A stretch of 64,000 nucleotides of DNA from Giardia intestinalis. Its lineage: Eukaryota. The notes below the pieces were generated by a model. It was not told the origin of the DNA. It was given only the letters and a program-made list of their open reading frames with translations, and made no database searches. The position numbers and the translations under genes were made by a program. The stretch is taken from the NCBI GenBank assembly GCA_000002435.2, contig CM018793.1; one strand, written 5' to 3'. Of the stretch, positions 1-10,679 are shown piece after piece (positions within the stretch are counted from its first letter, which is position 1; every line of letters begins with the position of its first letter).

Positions 1-60
1 CTGTCTCTAGCCACTCTTGCAAATTCACTGTCATTTTTTAAAGGGAAAATCTCACCATCT

Positions 61-3000
61 TTGATGACAAGTTTTATAACGCAATCACCCGGTATACATA
101 AAGCATCCAAGGTGCTTTTTCTATTGGAGCGCATTCTCGGCCCGCAGGATGACGAGGAGCTGTACTTAGCCATCACTGATGTTTTGGCTGCACTTAATAA
201 GGAGAGCAAAGACATCGGGGTGTCCTATTTGGTCAACGTATTTGGTGATGTTGATCCAGATGCCGCTGCTCTTATTGGTGACCTTTTAGATGCAGCTTTT
301 GAATGCCAGATTGAGCTTGCTGAATTACTGGATCAAGGTATGATAAATCGTGAAAAAAACCAGAAGAAACAGTGCCCTCCGGATGCTCATCTGTCCAGCA
401 TCCTATGCAATGAGGTTCGTCAGTATTTTTCTGATTTTCTAACCTCAGACACGCTTCCTCATGGACAACTCTCCTTACCGGGGCCAATTTCTAATAAGCT
501 TACTGGGAGTGATGAGTGTGCGCTAGTAGCGCTACCACCACCTGAGCCGACTGTCACGGCGTATGGGAATCGCACTGAGTACTCCCTGCTTTGGGAGACT
601 AAGCATGCAAATGAGACTGTTTCTATTACTTCTGTGCTTGTTCGTTTACAGATGGATCTAGCATTTGGACGTGTCTATGGCTCTATTACCACCTTCAACA
701 GCGTCCAGATGCGAGTAGTCGATCCCATTTTCAACGGGGGCAACACCCTCGTGGCAGCACCTACCGGAGCCGGAAAGACAAACATTGCCCTTTGGGCTAT
801 GATATGTTTGCTCCATACTTCTCGTTACAAGTGCCGGCCGGCCCAATTGGTTGTTTACGTGGCCCCTCTCAAGGCGCTTGTGCATGAGATTCTCTCACAA
901 TTGGAATCATCCTTCCAGCGACTTCCTAAGGAATACACTGCTACAATTTGTGAGTATACTGGAGAAGAGTCCATTTCTCTGAATACTATATCTTCTTTGC
1001 TTCATTGCCCACAGACAACCACAGCATTGGTAATTCTAGTTGCCACTCCAGAGAAGTTGGATGTGTTTACTTCCAAACTAACTGGAGAGGATTTCCAGCT
1101 GATTCGGAATCGCCTGGCTCTTATTGTTTTTGATGAATTGCATCTAATAGGTGATCACACCCGTGGGAGTGTGATTGAGGAATTGGTGCTTCGCTTTCAT
1201 AGACATTACCAGGAGGCTATGCTGCTAGCTCTGTCAGCAACGATTCCAAATGTCCAACAGATAGCAGATTTTCTTCGATGCGCATCAAGTAACACTCTTG
1301 CATTTGACTCGTCGTACAGAGCTGTTTCTCTGCAAGTAACAGTTTGTGAGTTGCATTATAAGCATTCTGAAGAGTCGTATTTACGTACAACGAGAGAGGG
1401 ATTTTTGCATAGCATCATTCCAAAGCAGCTATCCAAGGGAAGCATACTTTTATTTACACATACAAGACGTGATGCGGAACGATTAGCAATACAGCTACAG
1501 GCTAAGTTAGACACTACCAATTACTCTAACGCCTACGCGGAAAAATCTAGAAACAAGAGGCTCTATAGTCTTTTATCAACAAACTCGGCAGTATTGTTTC
1601 ACCACGCCGGGCTTACTCGCACAGATAGGTACCTAGTTGAGGAGCTCTTCGCTGAGAAAAAGATCTCTATCCTGGTGTCAACTGCGACTCTTGCCTGGGG
1701 GGTCAATATGCCAGCTCACACGGTTATTATTCTTGGTACAAAGGTATATGCTGACTCTTGCTGGGAAGACCTCTCTTTTGCAGATATTTTGCAAATGGCT
1801 GGAAGAGCTGGACGACCCTCCTTCGACACCAATGGTGAGTGCTTCATTATCCCATCAGCAAATGATGCCTATCGCTGTCTGACTATCTTTAGTAATAGAT
1901 TTAATATAGAATCATCTTTTTTAACGTCTCATACAGCACTTGAGAAGCTCTCAAAGCTAATTATAACAGAAGCATTTCTTTCTGCTCATGTGTTTGTAGA
2001 TGAACTAGTTCAGATTGTTCAGTCTTCACTGTTTGCAGTGCAACTGTTTGAAAGGCTTCCTAATTCACTGAATGGATCACAAATCATTACTGATATTGTG
2101 AGTACACTACTAGATTGCTGTTGCGATGTAAGTTTGTTAGAAAAAAAGCTTGACGACTCATGTCCTCATCTACTTCAATATCATCCTACACCCTTGGCAC
2201 AGCTGTGCGTCAAATATTATGTTTCGCCCTTTACTATCGTTCGATCCAATGCTGTTTTATCGCAGTCCCCAATCGACTCTATACAGCAGGCTTTATTGTT
2301 GATCGCAATGTCTCACGAATATGCTTCTATATTCGTAAGAGCAGATGAGGGATTTGAACTGACATCGTTAGAAGAGTATACTCCTATTAGATATCCGCCC
2401 TTTGTCACAAACCAGGGGCTCGGTAAGATCTGTCTTCTTTTGCAAGTCTACATTTCTACTGGGCCTTGTTATGGCACAACATCAGTTGCATTTAGTAGTC
2501 TTTCACTTATGTCCGACTATGCTAGCATTATCGCGTCTGCCCCAAGAATCACAGGATGCCTTAGAGAACTTGCGTGCCTTCTCATCCAAAGCAAATCTCA
2601 CCAGGCTCTAACCAGGCTGTATTGTATGCTTCAGTCTCGATGCTGGCCTGCGTTTCTATTTGTGCGAGAAGTTCTGAGCAATCCTTTATTCAAATTCGAT
2701 TTTCTCTCACCAGAGTACATACTGTGGATAGAACAATTAGAGTTAAAACAATTCAGTCCAAATGTTCTTCGCAGATTGACAGTAGACCAGCTTTCTCAGA
2801 TAATTGTTTCTCCAGATGATAGAACCCCACTCGATAAACGGCAGCTATCTCATCTACGCACAGCTATTGTAGGATACCCGATCCTCAGAGGTAAGATTGT
2901 AACCCTATGTCAGTTAGACCCTAAGCACTACGAGGTCCGGTTTCACTGTTGTCTTATCGGAAGCCAGACTATTCTTCGTTGCTCAGAGCAAACGTTTTCG

Positions 3001-4770
3001 TTACATTGTGCAATAGAGGCCGAAGAGAAGACGCTCAAGGCAATCTCTCTATCCATACAGCTCAATGAGGAACTAGATGTAACATTACGCTTCAGCGCTA
3101 CTGCCGAACTATGGGTGTGCAATATGCACCTTTATCTTGAAGAGCTTTTATTTGCCACGTCCTCTATACGTATTGATTTGGTAAGCGCAGACCCTAATAA
3201 GAGTTTAGTAGCAGGTGTGTCCATTAAGGAATGCAGTGGTAATGAGATATCAGCTATAACTGCTCATGTTGAGACCACAATTGCAAACCTGGGACGCGCT
3301 TCAGGCCTGAGCTCAGGATCCGATTCTGTTTTCATTGCAGGGAACTGTCTCTATCTACAGCAGGCGGAGATGCTCAGCAGCATTCTGTCTTTCATACGGG
3401 ACGTCTCAGCAAGTTATAAAGTAGATGCTTTAATTGTAGGCAGTGTCGGTGGGATCAGCGGACAACTTGCAAGGGAAAATAATATACCGTATATGAATAC
3501 GTGTACAGTTTACAAAGAAATTGACAAACTGTTTACAAGGCCTACAGCAATCATAATTCCGTCCATCGCAGAGCTAGCAGAGCCTATAGGCTATGTATTG
3601 GAGCTGCTTCTGATGAAGCTTATAAGAAAGGATACCAATCTACCTATCTTAGTCATTTCCTTTTCCATCGCTCTGGCTGATCATTCAATCGTCGCTTTGT
3701 CTCTCTTTCTTAATTCTAAGTCGTTTGTTATCAACGGGCCAGATAATTTGTTCACACAAACCGTTCCGTCACATGCTTACACTGTTTCGCCTAGCACTCT
3801 GTGCGATGATCCTAGCAGCGTACACAATGTATACGAAGCACTGCACATAGTCGATGATGATCCCGAAGTAAGCATGTTGACGCCCTTCTTTTTGTGCCAG
3901 TTTCTGATGATGTGCGCCACAACAGGAACAATATACATAACCAGGAACGAATGTATCACATCTGCCACCAAAGGAACCAACATTCAATATCTGAAATCCC
4001 AGTTACACACGGCTGATGGCCTCTTCATGCTGATTTCTGAACACTCTCAGGACTTCTATGACAAAGGATTTGATTACATAGCCGAAAGTATCATAACGAC
4101 CGACATTTCGCAGTCGTATCTTTACTTTTCCTTTTCAATTCTTCCTGGACAATATCTCAATTACAAAACTATGGTGAACTATCATCCTAAACCAGAAAAA
4201 GAAGATCTTCTTCGCGAGGAAGACGCCATGCTGGACAGGCTTTCCGATTGGATAAGTGAAGAGCTTATTGCACTAGAAAAGAATGCTACTGCCCTGTTTC
4301 GTGCCTGGAAAGATGATAGTCATGGTATGGATTGTAGCTTCAATACCCTCAACAGCTTCAGCTGTCTATCTATGGTAACAACCCGGCTTTGCATTGTGCT
4401 TGACGCAGATAGAGAGCAACTAGCTAAATCATCGTGGTTTTTGGCACTCTCGCAATCTATCCACAACTTAAGTTTGCTGTTGCTGTGTGCCTCAGGGGTC
4501 TACGGTAATGAATTGACTAATTATATTCAATATGAAAAGGCACTATCCTCACAAAAAGATCTCGACATTGAAAAAGCTATTCTAAAGATTTTAGCAAGCA
4601 TGGTGGATGCTTGTGCAGAGTCGAGGGTATATGCCCTACTAGTTGCGCTTACTTCGCTCGCCCTTCGGGTTCATAAAAGCGGAGATCAAGCGGTCCTCGA
4701 GGACACCATTCTATCAGGACAGTTGGAGAGGCTTCTTCGCAACACACTGCTTATAGATCTACATACGTGA
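61..4770 (+). CDS. Ski2-like DExH-box RNA/DNA helicase with Sec63-type C-terminal region (Brr2 / Mer3-HFM1 subfamily), single helicase cassette
   Basis: Walker A 'APTGAGKTNIALWAMI', DExH box 'FDELHLIGDHTRGSVIEEL', SAT 'LALSATIPN', family-diagnostic 'FHHAGLTRTDRYLVEELFAEKKISILVSTATLAWGVNMPAHTVIILGT' and 'QMAGRAGRPSF'; 1569 aa uninterrupted ORF; stops present upstream of the first ATG. Confidence 0.8.
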   Translation: MMTSFITQSPGIHKASKVLFLLERILGPQDDEELYLAITDVLAALNKESKDIGVSYLVNVFGDVDPDAAALIGDLLDAAFECQIELAELLDQGMINREKNQKKQCPPDAHLSSILCNEVRQYFSDFLTSDTLPHGQLSLPGPISNKLTGSDECALVALPPPEPTVTAYGNRTEYSLLWETKHANETVSITSVLVRLQMDLAFGRVYGSITTFNSVQMRVVDPIFNGGNTLVAAPTGAGKTNIALWAMICLLHTSRYKCRPAQLVVYVAPLKALVHEILSQLESSFQRLPKEYTATICEYTGEESISLNTISSLLHCPQTTTALVILVATPEKLDVFTSKLTGEDFQLIRNRLALIVFDELHLIGDHTRGSVIEELVLRFHRHYQEAMLLALSATIPNVQQIADFLRCASSNTLAFDSSYRAVSLQVTVCELHYKHSEESYLRTTREGFLHSIIPKQLSKGSILLFTHTRRDAERLAIQLQAKLDTTNYSNAYAEKSRNKRLYSLLSTNSAVLFHHAGLTRTDRYLVEELFAEKKISILVSTATLAWGVNMPAHTVIILGTKVYADSCWEDLSFADILQMAGRAGRPSFDTNGECFIIPSANDAYRCLTIFSNRFNIESSFLTSHTALEKLSKLIITEAFLSAHVFVDELVQIVQSSLFAVQLFERLPNSLNGSQIITDIVSTLLDCCCDVSLLEKKLDDSCPHLLQYHPTPLAQLCVKYYVSPFTIVRSNAVLSQSPIDSIQQALLLIAMSHEYASIFVRADEGFELTSLEEYTPIRYPPFVTNQGLGKICLLLQVYISTGPCYGTTSVAFSSLSLMSDYASIIASAPRITGCLRELACLLIQSKSHQALTRLYCMLQSRCWPAFLFVREVLSNPLFKFDFLSPEYILWIEQLELKQFSPNVLRRLTVDQLSQIIVSPDDRTPLDKRQLSHLRTAIVGYPILRGKIVTLCQLDPKHYEVRFHCCLIGSQTILRCSEQTFSLHCAIEAEEKTLKAISLSIQLNEELDVTLRFSATAELWVCNMHLYLEELLFATSSIRIDLVSADPNKSLVAGVSIKECSGNEISAITAHVETTIANLGRASGLSSGSDSVFIAGNCLYLQQAEMLSSILSFIRDVSASYKVDALIVGSVGGISGQLARENNIPYMNTCTVYKEIDKLFTRPTAIIIPSIAELAEPIGYVLELLLMKLIRKDTNLPILVISFSIALADHSIVALSLFLNSKSFVINGPDNLFTQTVPSHAYTVSPSTLCDDPSSVHNVYEALHIVDDDPEVSMLTPFFLCQFLMMCATTGTIYITRNECITSATKGTNIQYLKSQLHTADGLFMLISEHSQDFYDKGFDYIAESIITTDISQSYLYFSFSILPGQYLNYKTMVNYHPKPEKEDLLREEDAMLDRLSDWISEELIALEKNATALFRAWKDDSHGMDCSFNTLNSFSCLSMVTTRLCIVLDADREQLAKSSWFLALSQSIHNLSLLLLCASGVYGNELTNYIQYEKALSSQKDLDIEKAILKILASMVDACAESRVYALLVALTSLALRVHKSGDQAVLEDTILSGQLERLLRNTLLIDLHT

Positions 4771-4795
4771 ATAAAATACGACATGCAAATATTAA

Positions 4796-7093
4796 ATGAG
4801 ATTTCAAAAGATTAACTCTGCATTCTTTGAACTAAAAAAGGCCCCCTTTGAAATGGACCGTGTACAGATAGCAGACGGATGCGCTTTTATTCATCCGTCG
4901 CCTCTAGATACTATTAGTCATGTAGCTCTCGACGAGGAGAGGGAACTGAATCCATCCATCCCGGTCTTGAAGTTGGTCCGGAAAGCTTTCAAAAGGTTTT
5001 CTGATAAACCTTACCTCGGGTATCGTGCTGGCCTGGCCACGTGCGTTAAGGAGGTAACCGACAAGTATACCTACATGACCTATGGCGAGGCAGACTCCTA
5101 CGTGACCGAGCTCGCCAAGGTCCTGGCAAAGCTTGGTATTGGGAAAGGCGACCGCGTTGGCATCTTTGCACGCAACTCCCCCCTCTGGCTGCTTTTCGAC
5201 TTCGCGTGCACGGCCGTGGGCGCAGTGGTCGTCCCTATCTACGACACCCTTGGGGCCGCCAAGACATCGTACTGCATCAACCACGCAGAGGTTCGCCTTC
5301 TGGTCACTCAGACAGAGCTACTCCCACTGGTTCTCGGAATATGGCCATCGTGCCCGGAGCTGCAGCGCGTCCTAATTATCGATACAAGCATATCAGAACT
5401 AGATGACCAAACTATGAACAATTGCTTGCATAAGGCTGTGCCCTCATATATAGAGGCACAGCAGTCTGACGGGGCTTCCCTCGGAATTGACCTATCCAAG
5501 CTTTACGTGGCTGGGAAAGCAGATGACTCTGTTTACAAATTCAATGTGCTCTCTACTGTTACGTCCCAGCTGGGAGCCTTATCTGATGCCACTGATGTTC
5601 GTATGGCTAATGCGAACATCAATGACTCAAATACTCACATAGCCGAGGTAATTAACGAAATCTTGGAAAAAACACAGATTAAGGAATCGCCAGGCAAAAT
5701 ATCTTTTTTGAAGAACATGCTGGATGAAGTGAAGGGCCTTGACTACAAAGGGGACTATGAGGCAAGCGTGGATGAGGTGCACACTATCCTATATACCTCT
5801 GGATCGTCTGGAAACCCTAAGGGAGTGACACACACCCACAGTACAATACAAGGGTCTTACACCATGGTATATGGATTTCTTCCATATGTATCTAGGGACG
5901 GTGGTCAAATGGTAACTATGTCCTATCTTCCTCTCGGCCATATATACGAATCTGCTGGAGAGATACTTTTTACCGTCCGGGGGTACAAGATAGCATACTA
6001 TAGTGGTAACACAAAGAACCTAACCACGGACATCAAGCTGGCCAAGCCGACGATTCTACTGGCCGTTCCGCGGGTGCTCCAGAAGATCTACAACGCCGTG
6101 ATGGCGAAGGTTGAGGCGTCGCTTGTCAAGAAGGCTGTCTTCTGTCTAGCATGCAAGGTGAAGGAGTACACGGAGGGGTCCTGGATTAAGACGGGAACAC
6201 TCCCCTGGCTCGACAACGTCGTCTTCAAGGACATTAAAGCCGCCCTCGGGGGCCACCTCGAGCTCATCGTCAGCGGATCCTCTGCTCTCCCCCAGGAGGT
6301 GTGGCGATTCATGCGTCTCTGCACCGGTGCTCGGATCACATGTGGATATGGCTTGACAGAGACGTGTGCTTCTGGTCTTTGTCAACTTCCTCACATGCCT
6401 TATGTGGGATCGCCGACAGGAAGCCTTGTGCCATTCATGCAAGCTAAGCTCATTGACAAGAGCGACACCTGCGAGCTCTCGCTGAAGACTCACCGTGTTG
6501 GGGAGCTTCTCCTGAAAGGTCCCGGCATTGCGAAGGAGTACTACAAGATGCCGGAGAGCCCTCTACGGGACGCGGACGGCTACTTCCACACGGGAGATCT
6601 GATGAGGCTCAACGATGACGGTTCCCTCACATTTGTCCGCCGCATAAACATGGTTGTGAAGTCTCTCATGGGCGAATTCATTGACATATGCGCAGTTGAG
6701 GACGCCATGGAGAAGAGCCCACTCTTTGCAAGCGTCTTCGTGCATGCTCAGAGTGACAAGTCGTTCCCGATTTGCGTTGCTGTCTTGGACAAGACTGCGC
6801 TTGCTCACCGTCTGAAGTGTAGCACTGATGATGTGGAGAAGGCCGAGTACGCAGCTGCAACCAAGAAGATTCTTGAGGCCGAGGCAGCATCCTTTGTCAA
6901 GCGCGTTGGGCTAAAAGGATATTGTGTCCCCAAGTGTTTCAGGTGGCTCTTTGATATCGATTGGAGCACGGACCAAGATCTCATGACTCCGTCCCTGAAG
7001 AAGCAGCATCGCTTCTTTGCGAAGCGCTACGCTGCGGAGATTGCAAGCATGTGGGAGGAGCTAGAAGGCTCTGAGCGTGCTCTGGCAAAGTAG
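4796..7093 (+). CDS. Long-chain fatty-acid--CoA ligase (acyl-CoA synthetase, AMP-binding family); true start possibly the internal ATG at 4853
   Basis: AMP-binding signature 'YTSGSSGNPKGV', 'GYGLTETCA', 'HTGDLMRLNDDGSLTFVRRINMVVK'; 765 aa ORF. Confidence 0.85.
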   Translation: MRFQKINSAFFELKKAPFEMDRVQIADGCAFIHPSPLDTISHVALDEERELNPSIPVLKLVRKAFKRFSDKPYLGYRAGLATCVKEVTDKYTYMTYGEADSYVTELAKVLAKLGIGKGDRVGIFARNSPLWLLFDFACTAVGAVVVPIYDTLGAAKTSYCINHAEVRLLVTQTELLPLVLGIWPSCPELQRVLIIDTSISELDDQTMNNCLHKAVPSYIEAQQSDGASLGIDLSKLYVAGKADDSVYKFNVLSTVTSQLGALSDATDVRMANANINDSNTHIAEVINEILEKTQIKESPGKISFLKNMLDEVKGLDYKGDYEASVDEVHTILYTSGSSGNPKGVTHTHSTIQGSYTMVYGFLPYVSRDGGQMVTMSYLPLGHIYESAGEILFTVRGYKIAYYSGNTKNLTTDIKLAKPTILLAVPRVLQKIYNAVMAKVEASLVKKAVFCLACKVKEYTEGSWIKTGTLPWLDNVVFKDIKAALGGHLELIVSGSSALPQEVWRFMRLCTGARITCGYGLTETCASGLCQLPHMPYVGSPTGSLVPFMQAKLIDKSDTCELSLKTHRVGELLLKGPGIAKEYYKMPESPLRDADGYFHTGDLMRLNDDGSLTFVRRINMVVKSLMGEFIDICAVEDAMEKSPLFASVFVHAQSDKSFPICVAVLDKTALAHRLKCSTDDVEKAEYAAATKKILEAEAASFVKRVGLKGYCVPKCFRWLFDIDWSTDQDLMTPSLKKQHRFFAKRYAAEIASMWEELEGSERALAK

Positions 7094-7363
7094 CGTTGGA
7101 AACTGATATGATTTCTTGTTGTGAATTGGATTTGTCGATAGGCACAACCATAACTCCATGCTTATCATACTCTATTAGATCGACAAGCGTTGACAGTGCG
7201 TCTTCAAAGTACTGAAGTGTAAGATCCCTGTAGCCGTGAGACGAAGCTTCACAGATTGTTTGAATTCTTGCTGCATTGAGAGAAAGTAATGTGTTGCGCC
7301 GGACCACGTTCATTATGTTTTTATGACATACTGAAAACTACCATTCACTGGTTTAAAGGAAAG

Positions 7364-7957
7364 CTATGCTTGGGAAGATAGTCTTTGTTTATACTCAGTA
7401 AAGGTCATATGCTCAACGCTGGATTCGAAGCGCGTGCATGTTATCCTCTTTAGTACATCAGCCGTTACGTCTCTGACATAAGACCCTCCCTTATGGAGAA
7501 GATGCAGCAAGGTTGTAGACTGATCCCATCCTTGCTCCTCAGCAACGCACGGAAGGAAGACAGAGGAGCGTCCCTCGTAGATAATTGTTATCCCGTGCTT
7601 CCCCACCACCCAATCCAGAGGGTCGCAAGGGGTAAAGCGGACTAAAAGGGAGACATCCACAAGTAGATCACCTTTGTCAAATTCCCCTGCTGTCACAGGA
7701 GAAAATCGTGTATCCTCCAAAGCAGCCACGCATGCATACTTAGGAATTCCTTGCTGAATCTTCAACGGGGTAAGACAGCCGATGCACCCCCTGAGATCTG
7801 GGTCTCCTGTGCGCAAAGCCGTGTGCCATGTTACAAAGAGCGGACACTCAACGTCCGGTATCAGATGATTCACAGCTCTGGGGGCGCGGCCATGGACCTT
7901 GTCATCAAGGCTTTGGAAGGCTGCAAAACACATGTCCTTGGTCGCTGCTAGAGACAT
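7364..7957 (-). CDS. AMMECR1-domain protein
   Basis: Conserved AMMECR1 core 'LRGCIGCLTPL...ALEDTRFSPV'; 197 aa ORF. Confidence 0.7.
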   Translation of the reverse strand: MSLAATKDMCFAAFQSLDDKVHGRAPRAVNHLIPDVECPLFVTWHTALRTGDPDLRGCIGCLTPLKIQQGIPKYACVAALEDTRFSPVTAGEFDKGDLLVDVSLLVRFTPCDPLDWVVGKHGITIIYEGRSSVFLPCVAEEQGWDQSTTLLHLLHKGGSYVRDVTADVLKRITCTRFESSVEHMTFTEYKQRLSSQA

Positions 7958-7974
7958 ATTTACTAGTTTTTACC

Positions 7975-10284
7975 TTAGTTTGTTGGAGGGACAAAGGTTC
8001 CACGAAGCTCCACAATGCGGTTGAAAACCAAGTGCTTTGCTGTACTGCTGGTATCTACAATAAAATACCCGCTGCGTTCAAATTGGTAACGCTTAGGAGA
8101 GGTGTTATTTTTGGCCTGCTCAGCGACATATCTGGGCACACGTGCCCTTGGACACACGACCATACTATTCGGATTAACGTCGTCTATCCAATCTCCTTCA
8201 ACCTCATATGGATTTGCGGACTTAAATAACTTGTCAAAAAGGCGTACTTCTGCCACTCTGCTTCCCGTCTCCGAAACCCAGTGAATGTGCGTCAACTGTT
8301 TCTTCTCTGCCTTGAGCCTCTTGGAAGCTTCTTCCTTCTTTTCTGGACACCAAGAGTGCGTGCAATACAGGACCAACTCAGTATCCCCGCCTTTGAGAGT
8401 TCGTCTCTCAAAGTGATCAACAAGAAGCAGTGGTCCATAGCGAAGACCTACTGGTTGCCCTGGTGCTAGTCGGAAGAAGTCAGGAGTATTGTTCTCGCAA
8501 AAGTCCTCTGCATCTATGTAGAGGATGCGCTCCAATTTAATTTCCTCAGTACCCATTTCACTATTCTTCGGGTGCAAGCTGTAGGAAATGGGTACGGTAT
8601 CCAGAGGGTCAGATCCAAAGTCAAGAAGCTCCACGCGAATAGGCGAAGTAACTGCCATAGTTCGCTCAGCAATGGGATCCAGCTCCAAACGAAGAACATG
8701 TTCTAGAAGGTGGTAGTCTATTGTCTGTGCGTTACGAGAAATGCCTACCACCTGACAGAAGGTATTGATGGAGCTCGGTGTATATCCACGACGCCTAAGG
8801 CCATCCAAAGTGAGTAACCTGGGGTCATCCCACCCCATAACAATCTTCTTGTCAACGAGGGTGAGCAAGCGCCTCTTGCTCATGACATTATAGGTTATGT
8901 TGAGCCGTGAGAATTCCCATTGCATAGGCCTATAACCTACATCAAATCCATCAGACGTGCGGAAATCATGGACATTGTGCGTGACCCAGTCGTACGATTC
9001 TCGACGAATGCCGAACTCCAGAGTGCATAGTGAATGTGTAATGTGCTCAAATGCGTCGATAAGACAATGAGAGAAATCATAGGATGGATAGATACACCAG
9101 GCGCTACCGGTCAATGGATGTCTGCAGTATTTGATACGATAGGCGATGGGATCGCGCATATTTGGATTATCTGACTGCATATCTATCTTAAGGCGTAGCG
9201 TGTACTGTGATTCCTTATACAGCCCGCACTTCATTCCTTCAAAGATTCGAAGATTCTCCTGGATTGATCGTTTTCTCCCAGGTGGGTCTAGACGCTCTTC
9301 TCGATACTTAGCAACCTCTTCCACAGTTTGATCGCAGACGTAGGCTTTGCCTTGGCGTACAAGCTCCACAGCAACATCATAAAGGCGCTGGAAATAGTCG
9401 GAGGTATGTGTGAATTTGAAGGGCTTGTGACCCAGCCACTCGATACTAGCTAAGATAGAGTCAATATACTCCTTGGACTCCGCCTCTGGATTGGTATCAT
9501 CCATACGAAGATAGGTCTTTCCGTTATTAAGAAGAGCATAGTTGAAGGAAATGAACATGGCCTTTGCGTGGCCCAGATGCAAGTATCCATTCGGCTCAGG
9601 GGGAAAGCGCGTGAGAACACTGACGCCAAGGTTCTTGAGAAAGTCTTTATGCTGCCACTTATACTTGAGAAGCTGCTCGTAGCGATTCTGCTTTGGAATA
9701 GCTGACAGGACCTGTGCAATGGGAGGGACGTGGATGGATCCAGTCGGAGGGGAATCTTTAGACTGGGCGGCTTCTGATGTTTTCGTAGTGATAGCATCTT
9801 CCTCACAACTATGTGCAGTTATCCTCATTTCCTCAAGCTCAGCGAATTTCTCGGTGGCGAGGTTGAGAAGAAAGTCGTGCTCGGCCCATGGAAGGTCTCT
9901 TCCCATTAATGAAACAAGCTGGTAAGGATTCTTTATGCTGTCCGGCTTTGCCAATGCCTTGTCCAAGGCGCTGGATATCTCCTTCTCTGTGTAGGTGACC
10001 CCAATCCCGCAGGCCTTGTCGAACTCTACTTCATTGATGGTTGGAGATTGATTGCTGGCCAGGTATGCGATAGCAGCGTTGAGCTGCTTGGTAGAGAAGC
10101 CGCTCATTACCTTGGAAAGTAGAAAAGAACGGTGTGCCAAACGATCTTGGGGAACCTTTTTAACTAGTATATTGAGGCATTCAATGGTTGATGAAGAGTA
10201 CTCGGCGTTGGGGTCGATCCCCAGAGACTCGCACGTCTTGCTGAAGGCAGACTTCTTCTCATGCATAATAAAATTTAAAATCAA
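7975..10284 (-). CDS. Class I aminoacyl-tRNA synthetase, glutaminyl-tRNA synthetase type (Gln/Glu family)
   Basis: HIGH motif in 'FPPEPNGYLHLGHAKA', KMSKS-type motif 'VMSKR', N-terminal extension; 769 aa ORF. Confidence 0.8.
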   Translation of the reverse strand: MILNFIMHEKKSAFSKTCESLGIDPNAEYSSSTIECLNILVKKVPQDRLAHRSFLLSKVMSGFSTKQLNAAIAYLASNQSPTINEVEFDKACGIGVTYTEKEISSALDKALAKPDSIKNPYQLVSLMGRDLPWAEHDFLLNLATEKFAELEEMRITAHSCEEDAITTKTSEAAQSKDSPPTGSIHVPPIAQVLSAIPKQNRYEQLLKYKWQHKDFLKNLGVSVLTRFPPEPNGYLHLGHAKAMFISFNYALLNNGKTYLRMDDTNPEAESKEYIDSILASIEWLGHKPFKFTHTSDYFQRLYDVAVELVRQGKAYVCDQTVEEVAKYREERLDPPGRKRSIQENLRIFEGMKCGLYKESQYTLRLKIDMQSDNPNMRDPIAYRIKYCRHPLTGSAWCIYPSYDFSHCLIDAFEHITHSLCTLEFGIRRESYDWVTHNVHDFRTSDGFDVGYRPMQWEFSRLNITYNVMSKRRLLTLVDKKIVMGWDDPRLLTLDGLRRRGYTPSSINTFCQVVGISRNAQTIDYHLLEHVLRLELDPIAERTMAVTSPIRVELLDFGSDPLDTVPISYSLHPKNSEMGTEEIKLERILYIDAEDFCENNTPDFFRLAPGQPVGLRYGPLLLVDHFERRTLKGGDTELVLYCTHSWCPEKKEEASKRLKAEKKQLTHIHWVSETGSRVAEVRLFDKLFKSANPYEVEGDWIDDVNPNSMVVCPRARVPRYVAEQAKNNTSPKRYQFERSGYFIVDTSSTAKHLVFNRIVELRGTFVPPTN

Positions 10285-10679
10285 TTATGGTGTCTCCATG
10301 CAGCACGTTGACGGATGCACAGAACAAGAAGCTGGCGATGCTGGTCAACGTGCGTGAGCAGCGAAGAAAATCCTATCTTCTTGACCTTCTTAGTGGTATG
10401 GTGCTTGAAAACAAGCTTTACTCTTCGATAAGTAACTAGAATACAAGATGCAGTAATTATACAGCCAATAAGTAATTCACTTATATGTAACTATTCATCA
10501 CGTGGTTAACTTTTAATAGAAAAACATACCAATACTAAAATTATAAATCCTGATCATAGACCATCATGAACCAGCATATCCTGCCTTACGTAATGTATGG
10601 TTTCAGTGATCTGATTAAATGAAATATTCATATTTATTAGTTAAGCGAGTGTAAAACCTGAAGGACTTTTATAAAAGTA
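10285..10679. promoter_or_regulatory. AT-rich divergent intergenic spacer between the tRNA synthetase (minus) and cysteine protease (plus) start codons
   Basis: About 395 bp with no ORF and AT-rich composition, flanked by two outward-facing start codons; Giardia promoters are short AT-rich initiator regions (established knowledge). Confidence 0.4.

Noticed and set aside
61-200. Possibility that the helicase gene is 5'-truncated by the window edge
   Set aside because: In-frame stop codons occur between position 1 and the ATG at 61, so the ORF start lies inside the window.
6981-7313. 110-aa minus-strand ORF overlapping the 3' end of the acyl-CoA synthetase
   Set aside because: Overlaps a well-supported CDS by >100 bp, has no motif and no signal. 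Probably spurious, though a small real gene in the 270-bp spacer cannot be excluded.
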